Shown here piece after piece: positions 12,901 through 25,400 of a stretch of 64,000 bases of DNA. The translations under genes and the position numbers were made by a program. Origin of the DNA: Prorocentrum cordatum (Eukaryota). Below the pieces are notes generated by a model. It did not search any database. It was given only the letters and a program-made list of their open reading frames with translations, and was not told the DNA's origin. The stretch lies in NCBI GenBank assembly GCA_963575745.1, contig CAUYUJ010000002.1:1178001-1242000 (forward strand). Direction: 5' to 3'. Each line of letters begins with the position of its first letter. Positions within the stretch are counted from its first letter, which is position 1.

Positions 12901-14050
12901 CGGGGCGATTCCGAACTGCACGGGCGCTGGTTGGGGGTCGACGTGCTGCTGGGTCCTGGTGGTCTCCAAGATCTCCTTCCGCATCATGGGCAACGTGTCG
13001 AAAGTGGCGCTGGATTGTATCAGTTGCTCTTTGACAGTGGAATCCTCCTTGCCAGCAGAACCGCGCCGATCTTCTCGTCGTCGTCAACGATATTATTGTT
13101 GGACGGGCTTCCGTAATCGCGCACGGTGCGCTCAAAGGCTACAACAGCACTGTGGATGTATCCCGTGAGCCTGCACGCCATCGCATGCATGCGGAGCCCG
13201 ACTAAGTGGTTCCTCAACTTCGGGTCGCAACTCTATCACGAACTGGCACCGAGCCTCGAATCATTCGTTCACCCCGCGCTGTGGCACTTGTCCAGTGCTG
13301 GCCCAGACGTGGCCATCACGAGTATATACTACGCCTCCGTCTTGGCGTTCCGTATCGTGACCTGCGACGAGTCAACCTCCATCAGGTTGCCCTGATACAT
13401 GTGGCCCACGGCCCCGAAGTGTGACGGACGTGATCTTGTAGCTTCAGTCCGCGAACTTCGTCACGTCGCCCTCAAACTTGCCCGGTTTGCCGATCACTGT
13501 GGTGTCGACCACCCCGCTCGGAGGTGATGTTGGCTCCATGCCTGCGGGCAGTTGTTCATTGCACCCATGGGGGCGCGCAGCTCCTCCATGGCGCCAGGGT
13601 GCGGGGCTACCCGCTACCCGGTATTCTGTCTTGCGGTTGCGTCTCGGCGGCCGCAGTCCGAGACGCCAGACTGCGCGCCGAACTGCGGCGGACGCGGGCC
13701 GCAGCACTGTCGATGGATCGTTACCCGCGCATGGTGGGCGCTGCCGCGATCAGGATTGCCGACCCGTGCGTTTCTATAGCTCCGCTATCATGACGTGCTG
13801 ACAAATAGCCGTTCCATCTCGAGAAAGAGGGGCTTGAGGTGCCACACCAGCATGTCACTCCCAAGCTGGCTGCCACCCACCGAACTGTCGTGCTACATGT
13901 GGGGGCCCTGTTGCATGCTACAAAAAGCTCTGGATGTGGATGCCTTCTCCCAGCTTGTGGGGAAAATCGTGTCTCACCTGGCTGGGGCTCCCATAATTCG
14001 CGTCGATGTCTGTATTCGGCGTGTGGGGTCGACATCCGTGTCTGCGGAAA
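9901..14050 (-). mobile_element. Decayed, internally deleted Ty1/Copia LTR retrotransposon
   Basis: Diverged direct repeats at 9901-~10350 and 13791-~14050 (both start TGACGTG(A/C)TGACA(C/A)ATAGC and share ACTCYCAAGCTG and GCGTCGAYG..TGTATTCGG). PBS-like TGATAGCGGAGC at 13779-13790 (-). Gag N-terminus GVVDTTVIGKPGKFEGDVTKFAD (~13450-13520). Pre-RT segment EGRARELAN (~11850). Copia RNase H motifs NSDWAADEPTRKPTS, TIAPPSGEAKF, GSGKVQHLAIKE and ADVGT (10900-11330). Confidence 0.85.
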
Positions 14051-14133
14051 AGGCTTAGAATGCTTCTCAAGAAGCCAAGGGACTCCCGAACCTTCTCAAT
14101 TGGCCCGCCCCATCTCACTTCCCCCACCCCGGT

Positions 14134-14528
14134 CTCCTCCTCCTCCTCCTCCTCCTCCTCCTCCTCCTCCTCCTCCTCATCCTCCCCACTCCTCCTCGTC
14201 CTCGACCTCCTCCTCGTCCTCGACCTCGTCCTCGTCCTCCTCGTCCTCCTCCTCATCCCCCTCCTCTCCTCCTCCTCCTCCTCCTCCTCCTCTCCTCCTC
14301 CTCCTCCTCATCCTCTCCTCCTCCTCCCCCTCCTCTTCCTCCTACTCCTCCTCTTCCTCCTCGTCCTCCCCTCTCCTCGTCGTCGTCCCTCTCCTCCTCC
14401 TCCTCCTCTCCTCCTCCTCCCCCCTCCCCCTCCCCCGCCTCCTCCTCCTCCTCCTCCTCCTCCTCCTCCTCTCCTCCTCCTCCTCCTCCTCCTCTCCTCC
14501 TCCTCCTCCTCCTCCTCCTCCTCCTCCC
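14134..14528. repeat. (CCT)n microsatellite tract
   Basis: Direct reading. Confidence 0.95.
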
Positions 14529-14553
14529 CAGAGAAGGGCACCCGCGAAAAGGC

Positions 14554-14654
14554 CTGCGGCGCCCGCGCCCCCGAGGTACAGCACGTCCTCGGAGTCGCAC
14601 GCCACTGGCTCGCCGCCTCCCAGCGGCGCCGAATCCACATCCCGGCGCAGAGTC
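14554..14654 (-). CDS. Host ubiquitin-like-domain gene, exon C (TLRRDVDSAPLGGGEPVACDSEDVLYLGGAGAA)
   Basis: Acceptor ctcgcaag|G, donor GCAG|GC; 101 nt; phases fit exons B and D; a unique island between two microsatellites. Confidence 0.75.
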
Positions 14655-14660
14655 CTTGCG

Positions 14661-15605
14661 AGGGAGGAGGAGGAGGACGGGGAGGAAGAGGAGGAGGAGG
14701 AGAAGGAGGAGGAGGAGGAGGAGGAGGAGGAGGAGTAGGAAGGGGGACGGGGAGGAGGAGGAGTAGGAAGGGGGACGGGGGGAGGAGGAGGAGGAGGAGG
14801 AGGAGGAGGAGGAGGAGGAGGAGGAGGAGGAGGAGGAGGAGGAGGAGGAGGGGGAGGAGGAGGGGGAAGAGAATGCGGCGGTGGAGGAGGAGGAGGCGAG
14901 GGAGAAAAAAAGGATAACGAGGAGGAGGAGGAGAAAGAGGAGGCGGTGGGGGAGGCGGATGGGGGATGAGGAGGAGGAGGTCGAGGAAGAGGATGGGGGT
15001 GGAGGAGGGGGAGGAGGTGGCTGGGCAGGAGAAGGAGGCACGGGAGAAGAGGAACATGACGAGGAGGAGGGCGAGGAGGCGGAGGAAGACCCGGATGGGG
15101 GGGAGAGGGAAGTCGAGGAAGAGGATGGGGAGGAGGAGGGAAGAGGAGGAGGAGGAGGAGGGAGGAGGAGGAGGAGGAGGGAGGAGGAAAAGGTAACTGT
15201 GGAGGAGAAGGACGCGAGGGAGAAAAAGAGGATGACGAGGAGCAGAAGGGGCGGAGGAGGGCCAGGAGGGGAGTAGGAGGATGCCGAGGAGGAGGGGGAG
15301 GAGGAGGAGGAGGAGGAGGAGGAGGAGGAGGAGGAGGAGGAGGAGGAGGAGGAGGAGAACGAGGAGGAGAACGAGGAGGAGGACGAGGAGGAGGAGGAGG
15401 ATGAGGAGGAGGGGGAGGACGAGGAGGAGGAGGAGGAAGAGGAGGAGGAAGGAGGAGGAAGGAGGAGAAGAAACAAAAAATGAGGAGGAGGAGGAGGAGG
15501 CGGAGGAGGAGGAGGAGGAGGAGTAGCAAAGAGGAGGAGGGGGAGGAGGAGGCATAGGCCGAGGAGGAGGGGGCGGAAGAGGAGGAGGACGACGAGGAGG
15601 AGGGC
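14661..15605. repeat. (GAG)n/(GGA)n degenerate microsatellite tract
   Basis: Direct reading. Confidence 0.95.
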
Positions 15606-15989
15606 GCGGGGACGCGGATCGCGACGCTGTCGCCGTCGGCTGCGGCGCCCTCGGTGGCGGGGTTCGACCGAGGGCGCTCTCCTGGAGCCGCTCCGAACGG
15701 CCTCCGCGGAGCGTTGTCGAGCTCGCGGCCGCCTTCTCGACACTCGGATCGCGTTCTCTCGCGGCGGCCCGATCGCAACGCTGAAGCTGGTCACGATGGG
15801 CTGCCGCGCTCGCCCCTTCTCGCAGACGCCTTATCTGGGCGCGTCTCCTGTTCTGCGTGCTCTTCAAGACCATTTCCCGGAGTTCTGGCCTGAGTGGCCA
15901 AGTGGGCCTGCCGCTTGAACCTTGTAGGGCGAAGGGGCTGAAATTCCGACCGGGCGCGGCGATGTACTTCAGGTATCTGGTCTCGAGCT

Positions 15990-17420
15990 TACTCTGGTCC
16001 TCCTCTGGGAGGCCCCCCCCATACTCCGAGGGCGCCCATCGCTTCCCATTGGGCTCCTGCGCTGTAGCTGTCGACGTTGGGTTCCCCTTTTCCCTCTGTC
16101 GCCACCTTCCCGCATGCCCCGGTCTCCGCGCAGTAGCTGGCGGTATCTGGCTCCATCTTCGCGTCCCACTTTTCGCATCCAGGGCCCAGCCACTTGTCGG
16201 CGATGGCCCTACGTGCGGCCCACATCGCCGAGCTGACTCCACCACGCGCACTGACCGCAGCGTTGTAGCGGATGTCGTTGGGCTCTAGATTCGCCTCCCA
16301 CTTCTCGCACACGTTTGGCTCCATCTTTCCGTTTTCGCTGCTCCAGCCGTGGCGACGAGGGGTGGGTATGGGAAGGCGCTCGTGATACAGGGCTCCAGCT
16401 TTGCCTCGGCCTCGATTGTCCTGGTCGCAGTGTTGCAGCTGATGGCGTCGGGCTTCAACTTCAACGTTCCTTTCTTGCGCGCCCTGTTCGCTTCGCTGCA
16501 GCTGGCCATGAGGGGTTCGCTCTTTGCCTCCCACTTATCACATGGGCTCTCTGCGCTGCAGCTGGTCACGATGGGCTCTATATTCGACGTTCGTTTCGGT
16601 TTCACGAATCCCACGGGGCCAAGCGCGGTGCTGTAGCTGGCAACGTTTGGCTCCATATACGCTTCCGCGGCCGTGCCGCACTACGTTTTCTCTTATCCTG
16701 CCGTGGCTACGAGGGGTGACGAAGGGAATACGCTGGCGAAGTTGGGTTCCAATTCTGTTTCCGCCACCCTTGCCCTGACCGCAGTGCTGTAGCAGATTAC
16801 GTCGGGCTCCAGCTTTGCTTCATACGTCTTTCGCTTACTGTTCACAGAGCTGTAGCTGGGCATATATGGCTCCAGCGTCGCCATTCCCTCCTCGCACGCA
16901 CTGGTCGCTTTGCTGTAGCTGGTCACGTTGGGCCACACATTCGCCTCAACAGCCGTGCCATATTTCTTTCCTTCTGATCCAGCTGTGGCGACGGGGGCCG
17001 AGGGGAGAACGCTGGTGAGACTGAGTTCCAGCTTTGCTCCCGCCTCCTCAGATGCCCTTATCACGTTTGGCTCCACCTTCGCCTCCGCAGCCGAAACACA
17101 TTCCGTCATCTTTGGTCCAGCCGTGGCGACGAGGGGTGGCGAGGGGAATGCGCAAGTGATATCGGGCTCCAACTGTATTACCTCTGTCACTGTTGCCTTG
17201 ATCTTAGTGGTGTACCAAATGACGTCGGGTTCCAGCTTCGCTTCTGGCGCCTCTCGCTTGCACACCCTGACTGCAGCGCTGTAGCTCGTGACGTTGGGCT
17301 CCGTCTTCGCCTCCGACTTCAAGCACGCGCTGTTCTCAGGGCTCAGGCCAGCAACCGAGTCGGGCTCGATCTTCGCCTCCCACTTCTCGCATACAGGTTC
17401 TTGCAGCCAGCCTTCAATTA
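15990..17420 (-). pseudogene. Degenerate pentatricopeptide (PPR)-derived repeat array
   Basis: Recurring EAKLEP(N/D)V(I/T)SYS.A..ACE-like units in ORFs 16693-17817, 16285-16656 and 15989-16534; stops between them; the second PPR helix is mostly absent. Confidence 0.7.
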
Positions 17421-19894
17421 AGGGTGAGGCTGGCGGGAAGTCCAGAGCGGCCTGGCGGCAGGTCGCCAGGCGTAGCCTCCGCCATGCGTGCCGCTGGCTT
17501 TTGCTCGCCGGAGGGCGCCACACGACCGTCGGGGGCGAACACCACATTGAGCTTGGCCGGCGGCGTCGCTTCACCATGTCGGGTGGCACGGGTGTTGGTC
17601 CCCGCCAACTGGCCGCACGCAATCGCGGCTCCGCGCGGTGTGCCCCAAGCGCCTCGGGCAGGCCCCCGTGCTGTGCTTGCGAGGAGGAGGAGGAGGAGGG
17701 GGAGGAGGAGGAGGAGGAGGAGGAGAAGAAAGGAGGGGGAGGAGGAGGACGAGGATGAGGATGGGGAAAAGGAGGAGGAGGAGGAGTTTTCTGAGCTCCA
17801 CGCCGAGGCGACTCCAAGTGGCAGCCAAAGTCAGGCTGGCGACAGGCCTACTACTTCGGACGAAGCAGCAACTGTGTACGCGCCAGTACCCAAAGGAAGT
17901 GGACGCAATGATACGATTGAAACGCAACGTACAACTGTCAATGTCAACAATTCCGTGTCAACAATAACGGGTATGCAGACCTTCCACAAGGAAGGCCAAC
18001 CGCAATGTGCCAAACGAGAAGGAGGTGGCGCACACATACTCGCCATGCCTCTGACGGCTCTTCCCGAATGGAGGGGGAGGAGGAGGAGGAGGAGGAGGAG
18101 GAGGAGGAGGAGGAGGAGGAGGAGGAGGAGGGGGAGGAGGGAGAGGTGTAGAAGGGGAAGGAGGAAGAGGAGGAGGAGGACGACGAGAGGAGCACAGGGA
18201 GGAAGGAGAGAATGAAGAGGAAGAGGACGACGAGGCGGGGAGGAGGCGGACGAGAGTAGGCGCCAGACCTGGAGGAAAATCAGCCGCGCACGCCCTCTCA
18301 AAGAGGGGCAGGGCGCGGCCGCGCATACTGCCCGGCAGAGGCCATGCCCGAGGCCTACGGGGGGAAACACCTCGGCCTGGTGCCGACGATGCACGGACGA
18401 TGGATTTCAGAGGGGTCCTCGATCGATCGCAAAGCCGCACGCGCTTCCGCGGGGTGGGCCGTCAGGACCCCCGCCCCTCTTCCTGCCTCCCCGCCTGCCG
18501 TGGTCTTTCTGGCGCGCTCGCTCGGCGTTTGGACTGGCCAGTGAATTCATCCTGGCGGCATGCCCAACCCATCTGCAACTAGTGGCTAGTGGCCACAACG
18601 AGGGGCCATCTTGTGACAGAAGATGACATGTCAAGGCGCGGATCATGATGTGAAAACTAAATGGAGCATCCGCCTAACCATAGTTACACGTTCGGAGGTC
18701 CGCGCTGATTTCTTGGATCGGCGCTGGGACCCCCTACGGCGCTGGAACTCCCTCCCTGGCGCGCAGAGCACCAGGGGCGGCGCCAGAGGCTCCACCTGGC
18801 TGATCAGGCACTACTCCACCAAACTATTCGTGCGGACCTTCCAAAAACTATGTTTGTGCAATTCGTTCTTGTTCGATGGACGGGGTGGGCCATCAGGCCC
18901 CCGATCCCTGTTTCTGCCCCGCCGCACGCTGTGTCCTTTTTGGCGCTCTTGCTCGGCGCTTGAGCTGACCAACGAAACAAACAAGCAACGACAGTGCGCG
19001 AACGCGACAGAGCGACGCGACCGCCTGCGAATGCGCACGACGCGATTCAAAACGTGTGCCTCCCCTCCCCCTCTCTGGCCCGTTGAAACATCGAGCGAAT
19101 TCCCACCTGGGGGCTGCCGGATGCCGCCGTCGTCGCCTTCGCCCTCGGCGACGGCGTCCCAGGCGCTGGCTTCGCTGGCGTCGTCGGCATCGGCTTCGCC
19201 GGCGGCGACGGCGTCGGCGGCGTTGGCGTCGGAATCGTCGTCGCCGTTGTCGTCGTTACCCCCGCCGTGGCAGTCGTCTGCGTCGGCGTCGTCGATATCA
19301 TCGTCATCAGCGTCGGCTTGGTCGTCGTTCTCACCGCTGTTGCCGTCGTCGCTGGCGTCGGCATCGGCGTCGGCGACGTCGGCGTCGTCGCCGTCGTCGT
19401 CGCTTCCACCGCCGTGGCAGCCGTCTGCCTCGGCATAATCGGTGTCGTCGTCATCAGCGTCGACGTTGTCGTCGTTCCCACCGCTATTGCAGTCGTCGAT
19501 GGTGTCGGAGTCGTCGGCGACGGCGTCGGAGTAGCTGCCGCCGTCGCAGCAGTCGTCGTCGAAATCGTCGTCATCCCCCTCCTGGTCGTGCTGCTTCTGC
19601 TACTGCTACTCCTGTTCCTCCTCCTCCGCCTCGCTCACTCCCTCGATACCTCTCCTCCTCCTCACCCTGCTTTTCTCTCTTCGCCTCCTCCCCCACCCCG
19701 CCCCCTCCCTCCGCTTACACCCCCCCCGATCCCCCCTCGCCAAATTCCCCCGCCCCCCGCCCCTCCTCAAGGGTAGCGAGGAAAGGGGCAGGGAGGGGGA
19801 CGAGCGAGAGGAAGGAGGCAGGGAGGAGGACGGGATATGCCTCGGAGGAAGATGGGGCGGCGCAGCCAAACGCGCGGGCCGGCGGGGCGCGGTC

Positions 19895-19935
19895 TGGAAG
19901 ACGCGGGGCAGCCCGTAGAGGTCCTGGACGCGCGC
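19895..19935 (-). CDS. Host ubiquitin-like-domain gene, exon B (ARVQDLYGLPRVF-Q)
   Basis: Acceptor ccgcccag|GCG; donor CA|GACC (GA), or an alternative same-phase CG|GC at 19880; joins DDLK to QTLRR, giving a ubiquitin-like helix and strand pattern. Confidence 0.75.
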
Positions 19936-20119
19936 CTGGGCGGAAGCCCCCCTTCCTGCTGCTGCTGCCGAACCTCACACGGCGGGCCTTCTCCTTCCGA
20001 TGGGGGTTATGGCAAGTTCTTGCCGTGACGATCCCAGCGTGTGTTACGTATTTCTGACACCGCGTGGATCGTTCAACCTTCGACAGCCACTCCAGCGATG
20101 CGGCGTCCTGGCAACACTC

Positions 20120-20612
20120 CTACCTCCTCCTCCTCCTCCTCCACCACCTCCCTCCTCCTCCTCCTCCTCTTATTATTATTCTTCTTATTCTAAATGTTTC
20201 TTCTTATTATTATTCTTATTATTACTATTATTATTAATAATAATACTATTCGTATCATTATTATTCTTATTACTGTTATGTGTTTTCGTCTTCTTATTAT
20301 TATTATGTTTCTTAGTATTATTCTTTTTATTATTCCTCCTCCTCCTCCTCCTCCTCCTATCCTCCTCCTCCTATCCTCCTATCCTCCTATCCTCCTCCTC
20401 CTCCTCCTCCTCCTCCTATCCTCGTCCTCCTCCTCCTCCTCCTCCTCTCCTCCTCCTCCTCCCTCCTCCTCTCTCCTCCTCCTCCTATCCTCTCCTATCC
20501 TCCTCCTCCTCCTCCTCCTCCTCCTCCTCCAATCCTTCTCCTCCTCTTCCTCCTACTCCTCCTCCTCCTCTCCTCCTCCTCCTCCTCCTCCACCTCCCCC
20601 TCCTCCTCCTCC
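20120..20612. repeat. Compound (CCT)n-(TTA)n-(CCT)n microsatellite
   Basis: Direct reading. Confidence 0.95.
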
Positions 20613-22330
20613 CTTTCCTCCTGGAACTATCGGCGGCTATTCGATCGCCAGACCGTTCCGTGCTAGCTGATCTGGGCCACAGGCGGCGTCGCCCGCGGCG
20701 GGGGTCGCAGCCACGTGGGCACGGCGCGAACATACCGCCCCTGCTGCTGCGCCCGCCGCCGCCGCAGCCGCTGCCTCCCGACGAGAGAGACGGCGCAAAC
20801 AACACATACGATATCGATACCTGATCAGATAGCTTGATGATGATGACGGTGGTGATGGTGATGATGTTGGTGGCAATGGGAATGGCGACGATGGTGATGA
20901 CGACGAAGATGCTGGTGGTGATGAGAGGTGGAAGAGGCTGGGGAGATAGAGAGATAGAGAGATGGAGAGCGTGTGTGAGAGAGACAGAGATGTAATGTGT
21001 ATATATATATATATAGATATATCGACCATGCAAGACGTTTCACGAACACAATACATCAGCCTGATGTGGTCGTAGCTCGCGCTCTTGCCGTTCGCATCAC
21101 GAGCCGCCGAATGAGAGATCGACATGCAAATGACTCGCCGTCAGCTGCCTGCAACGCCACAGACGGACACATCCTGCCCCCCCTGTAGACAGCAGGAGCA
21201 GAACACGTGTCACGGACTCGGTGCGCGGGCGGTCCCCGCCACTGCCTAGGAGACCGCTGTCTACACCAGACTTGGGTCAAAACCACTGTCTGTCACGGTT
21301 TCCGCCGGCGGGTCGCTCAAGCCAGGCGGACAAGACAGCTACGTTCGGTTGACACGATCATGCACTGCACTGGAGGCGGGGGAGAAGGAGGAGGAGGAAG
21401 AGGATTGGACAGCGGCCGAGAAACGACCGCTCCGAGGATGGGTTGGCATCCCTCGGGCAACTAAGCAGCTCGCGAGTGCGTAAACCCAGCTGGGCAGTTC
21501 CAGGGGTGTTCGCACTGAGGTCCCACACGAGCAGGGGAATGCAACACAAATCTGGTCTCAGCCTGGATCCACACTGCGACGTCCTGGCGCGACGTCCAGG
21601 ATCCACGTCGAGAGATGCGGATGAGGCCCTACGCTCACGAAGCACCTCATTGCGGGGAGGCGAGCCGCGAGCACAACTCGATACCGCAGCTGCTGCCAAC
21701 CTTGCCAGCACCCCGCCGGGGGTTGCCACAGGTGCCCTAGCTCCAAGTTGGGGGCGTCCAAGAGGCGGGCGTCCGTGACGGGGGTGGTGGGTACCATTGC
21801 CAGAAGCATGTGCGCAGACGACGGGGGGTATCAGGTGACGCACTGAAGCAAGAAGAAGGAACCATGAAAGGCAGGGAAATGTCAGACCTCCACCCCTCCC
21901 TAGACCTCCTCCCCCTAATGAAGGCCCCCCGGCCAGGTGTCCCCAGGATGCCTGGGGAGGCCCAGATGGCCGCCAAAGCACCACTCACGAAGCCCAAAGG
22001 GCCCCAGATGACTTCACAACGGCGCTGCCAAAACAGAGCACGTCGGGCCAGGAACACTCCTAACAAACCCTGACCATGGGGAGACAAAGCGGTACCGATA
22101 CCGCTACTCCCCAACCCTTTCCTGGGGTGCGTTCTGGCAGGGATATCGAAGGAGAACCCACCCGTGCCGACGAGAGCCCCCCAGGACGAGCAGATGCATC
22201 GTGCTCTTTCCTCCTCCGGTCGGCGGCGACCCCCAGGGGGAACACAGAGGGGGCAGTCCTGCTCAAAGGCGGCGGGGCTTCTGAGAAACCCTCCAGTCTG
22301 CTGTGAACCCGTCCATGTCTGCGGATGAAA

Positions 22331-22494
22331 GGGCCCAGGGACACACATGAATACACACAAACAACAGCAGGATGTCCCATACTTGATCATATTTTATGGG
22401 TGTGTTCGTCTTCCCCCCCCACTTCCCGTATTTTCCAATATTTTCCTCGGGGTCGTCGATGCATTGTGACTGTGTGTTTGTTTCCCTCCTGACC
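22331..22494. repeat. ~165-bp dispersed repeat (second copy 49842-50008)
   Basis: Both copies read GGGCCCWGGGACACACA...GTCTTCCCCCCCACTTCC...TGTGTGTTT...CCCTCCTGACC. Confidence 0.75.
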
Positions 22495-25400
22495 AAAAAA
22501 GGCCCAGAAAGCTTGTCACAGCCGGAGGACTTCTGAGCCTTCTGAGGAGGCCCGCCCCCTCTGCCTTCCCCCCTGGGGCTCGCCGCCGATCGATCCGAGG
22601 CCCTCGCCACGCGAGGCCACGAACGAACGCGCGCGACGAATCGCCAGCGCCATTTCGAGGCGCCCCGCGACCGGTGTCCAAGAGGGCTCTTCGCGAGCCT
22701 CACAGCGGGGGCGGAAGGACAGTGGAAAGGTGAAGCTGCGGCTTCGTGGATCTGCGAGGCGGGGATTCGTCCAGAACCGCCGCCACGGGGATCGATCTTC
22801 GTGGACCTCGGCAGGCGATGGACATGGATATGCTTGCCTCTCCCATGGCCCGAATATGTATAGATACATATCCATATCTATATACATACATATGTGTATA
22901 TATATATATCCATATCCATATCCACATCCATATCCATACCCACCGCCTGCCGAAGTCCCGAAAATGCATTATTCCAGGTGGTGGTTATGGACGTTCGACG
23001 AACTTCTGCCTTTGAAAATCACTCGCCCTGCTCATGCTGCTCTTCCGAGCAGGAGCAACGCACGCCGAATCGGGAAATCGGATCGGACCGGCATGTGCGT
23101 CAGACCTGGCTGCTCGCCATCCGAGCCAGTTCTGAGCGAGTGGAACAACTGCGACCTCGGTTTCTGGCCGAGCCCAGGGTGGATCAACCCTAGGGGCAAG
23201 GCTCCCCTGTCATGGGTGCCCGAGCACTTCTTGTCTTCTGAATAACGCCTGCGAGCGCCACCGCCAATGCCCCCCATGCCAATTCAGCCCTTGCCTTTTG
23301 CCTTTTCCGTGTCCGCGCTCGCCAGGAGCTTTATTCTTATTGGCGCGTTTCTCTGCGGCCTTGGCCTCGGAGCCGCGGTGCTGGAACCGACGGGGGGCAA
23401 TCCGAGCCTCTTGCCATTTCTCGCGGTAAGCTCGCGATGCGCCGCGACAGAAAGCCCAGCGATGAACCGTTGCTCGTATCACCCGCCGACGAAGCTGCGA
23501 GGCACCCCGCGGGCGGCTGCTGAGAATGCACCTCCCCTCGGGCCGGGAATCGCGCCCCGCCCGACGGTCGGGGCCATTGCCTGGTTTACCACCAGCGGGG
23601 TTTTCCACGTTCTCGCTGGGCCTTCCGGCACCAGGGTGGGCTTCCGCTTTCGGGGCCAGCATGTCGCTCGGATAAGAAGCGCTTTTATCATCCTTGAACA
23701 GATATTTCTTCCCATCGTTGCACACCTGCGCTGCGAGATTTCTGCGAGGAACCTGCTTCTTCGGAGCTCCGCTCTGCGCGGGCGACGCAGGTAGGTCAAC
23801 CTCCGGCTCCGCCGCGGAGGCTGGCTTCGCAGAGCCATTTACATGATGCCTGTTGGGGCGCATCCTCTGCCATTGCATTCGGCTGTCAATCTGCGCGTCG
23901 AGCCCGTCGCAGGCCCTAGCCAACTTCGCGCGTACATTAATGCCATGGTGCGCGCGAAAGAGGGTGGGCACATTTTCCCGCTTGGATCCCAGCGGCATTC
24001 TCCAGTTCTGATTGCAATGAGTCAATCCTTCCCATGCTCTCTTCGCATAGCCCGAATCCTGAAACGCCATCGGACCTGTGTGCATTCATCCTGCGCTGTG
24101 ACCGGGCCGCGCTGCCAAGTATTGCGCCGAGACTTGCACCGTGTCCCACCCCCCTCAGGAAACGCTTCCCGACCCTCGCGCACTTGCTATCAAGCCGTAA
24201 TCCGTGAATCGAATCGTGAAGATGCCTTGTTATTGAGCGGCGTCTGCCTCCTGGTCAACAGATCCGTTGCGAAGGCAGTCGAGCTGGAGGAAACGGCGAT
24301 AATTATTCATATCCTGTTCCCTGTTCGGGGGCGTCATTTCCCGGCGCTTCATGAATCCGCGATTAGACGCGGCAGCTGCCGCAGCGCGACGCGCGGCCCT
24401 TTTTCTAACACGAGAAGAATGTATTGACACAACGTGCTACTTTCGCGCGGGGTGCACTTTGCGTCGAGCATTGTCTACACTGGCTGGCGCCGCTGGTCGG
24501 CCACCCATTCGCAATCGAGTGGTCGCCCGGGGCTCGTAGGGGGCTAGTTGGCACTTGCTGATCCCCCTTCTCGTTGCCGAACGCAGGGGGGGCGGCGGCG
24601 CGCCGCCCCGTCGCCCGCCGCCGCGCGCCGCGCGCCTCGGCGGATTTCCAAAGACCTGGCGCGGCAAATCGCGCGCGACTCTGGAAAATTCCCCGGGGGT
24701 GAATATGAAAAACTCTGGGGGCGTCGTCGAAAATGTCTGGCCTACTTTCTGAGAAATGGCAGAGTGGATTTTGAAAAATGCCCAGGTCGATTTTGAAACA
24801 TTCCGGAGGCCATTCAAAACAAATCCGGATTTCAGAATTCTTCAGATGTCATTCGCGGCGGGCGCATTCCACCCCTCAGATTTTTTTTTTTGGGAAACTT
24901 CCGGGTTCACTCTTGAAAAATTCCGGAGCCGCTTGCGCCAGAAAAGCGGAGACGTTTTCCGATACTTTGCACCATTCAGAAATAATTTCCGGGCAGCCCA
25001 ACGGGCCCGATATTTTGTACAATTCAGGATTAATTTCACGCGCCGCGCCGCGCGCGATGGGGCGCAGCGCGCGCCGCGCGTTGCGCCCGCGAACGGCACT
25101 CGAAGGGGCCGCCTCGAAAACAGCGCCGCGGCAGCTGCGACTCGCAGACCCCCGAAGAGCAACGCGGCATACAGCTTGGCATCTGAGGGCGCTCCGGCGC
25201 GCGAAAAATGCACCGCGCACATCGCGCAAAGAACCGGCGCGACGGAATGCGCTCGACCATTCGTCCCTGTAGCCCGCGCGGAAGAACAGGGAAACCTGGC
25301 AATCTGGAAAACTTTCAATATCAAGACCCATGCTCCTCTGATTTTCGCCCGGGCAAATGCGCCGCGTCCAGAATGTGAAGCAAATGCAACCTCAGCGCGC

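Noticed and set aside
13839..16251. Several 300-650 aa ORFs rich in poly-S/P/L/E/R/G
   Set aside because: They are stop-free translations of (CCT)n/(GAG)n tracts; only the 101-nt exon inside is credible.
18256..18376. Possible exon containing RLIF (ubiquitin-like word)
   Set aside because: Exons B and C already join into a better ubiquitin-like pattern, and the rest of this peptide is unconvincing.
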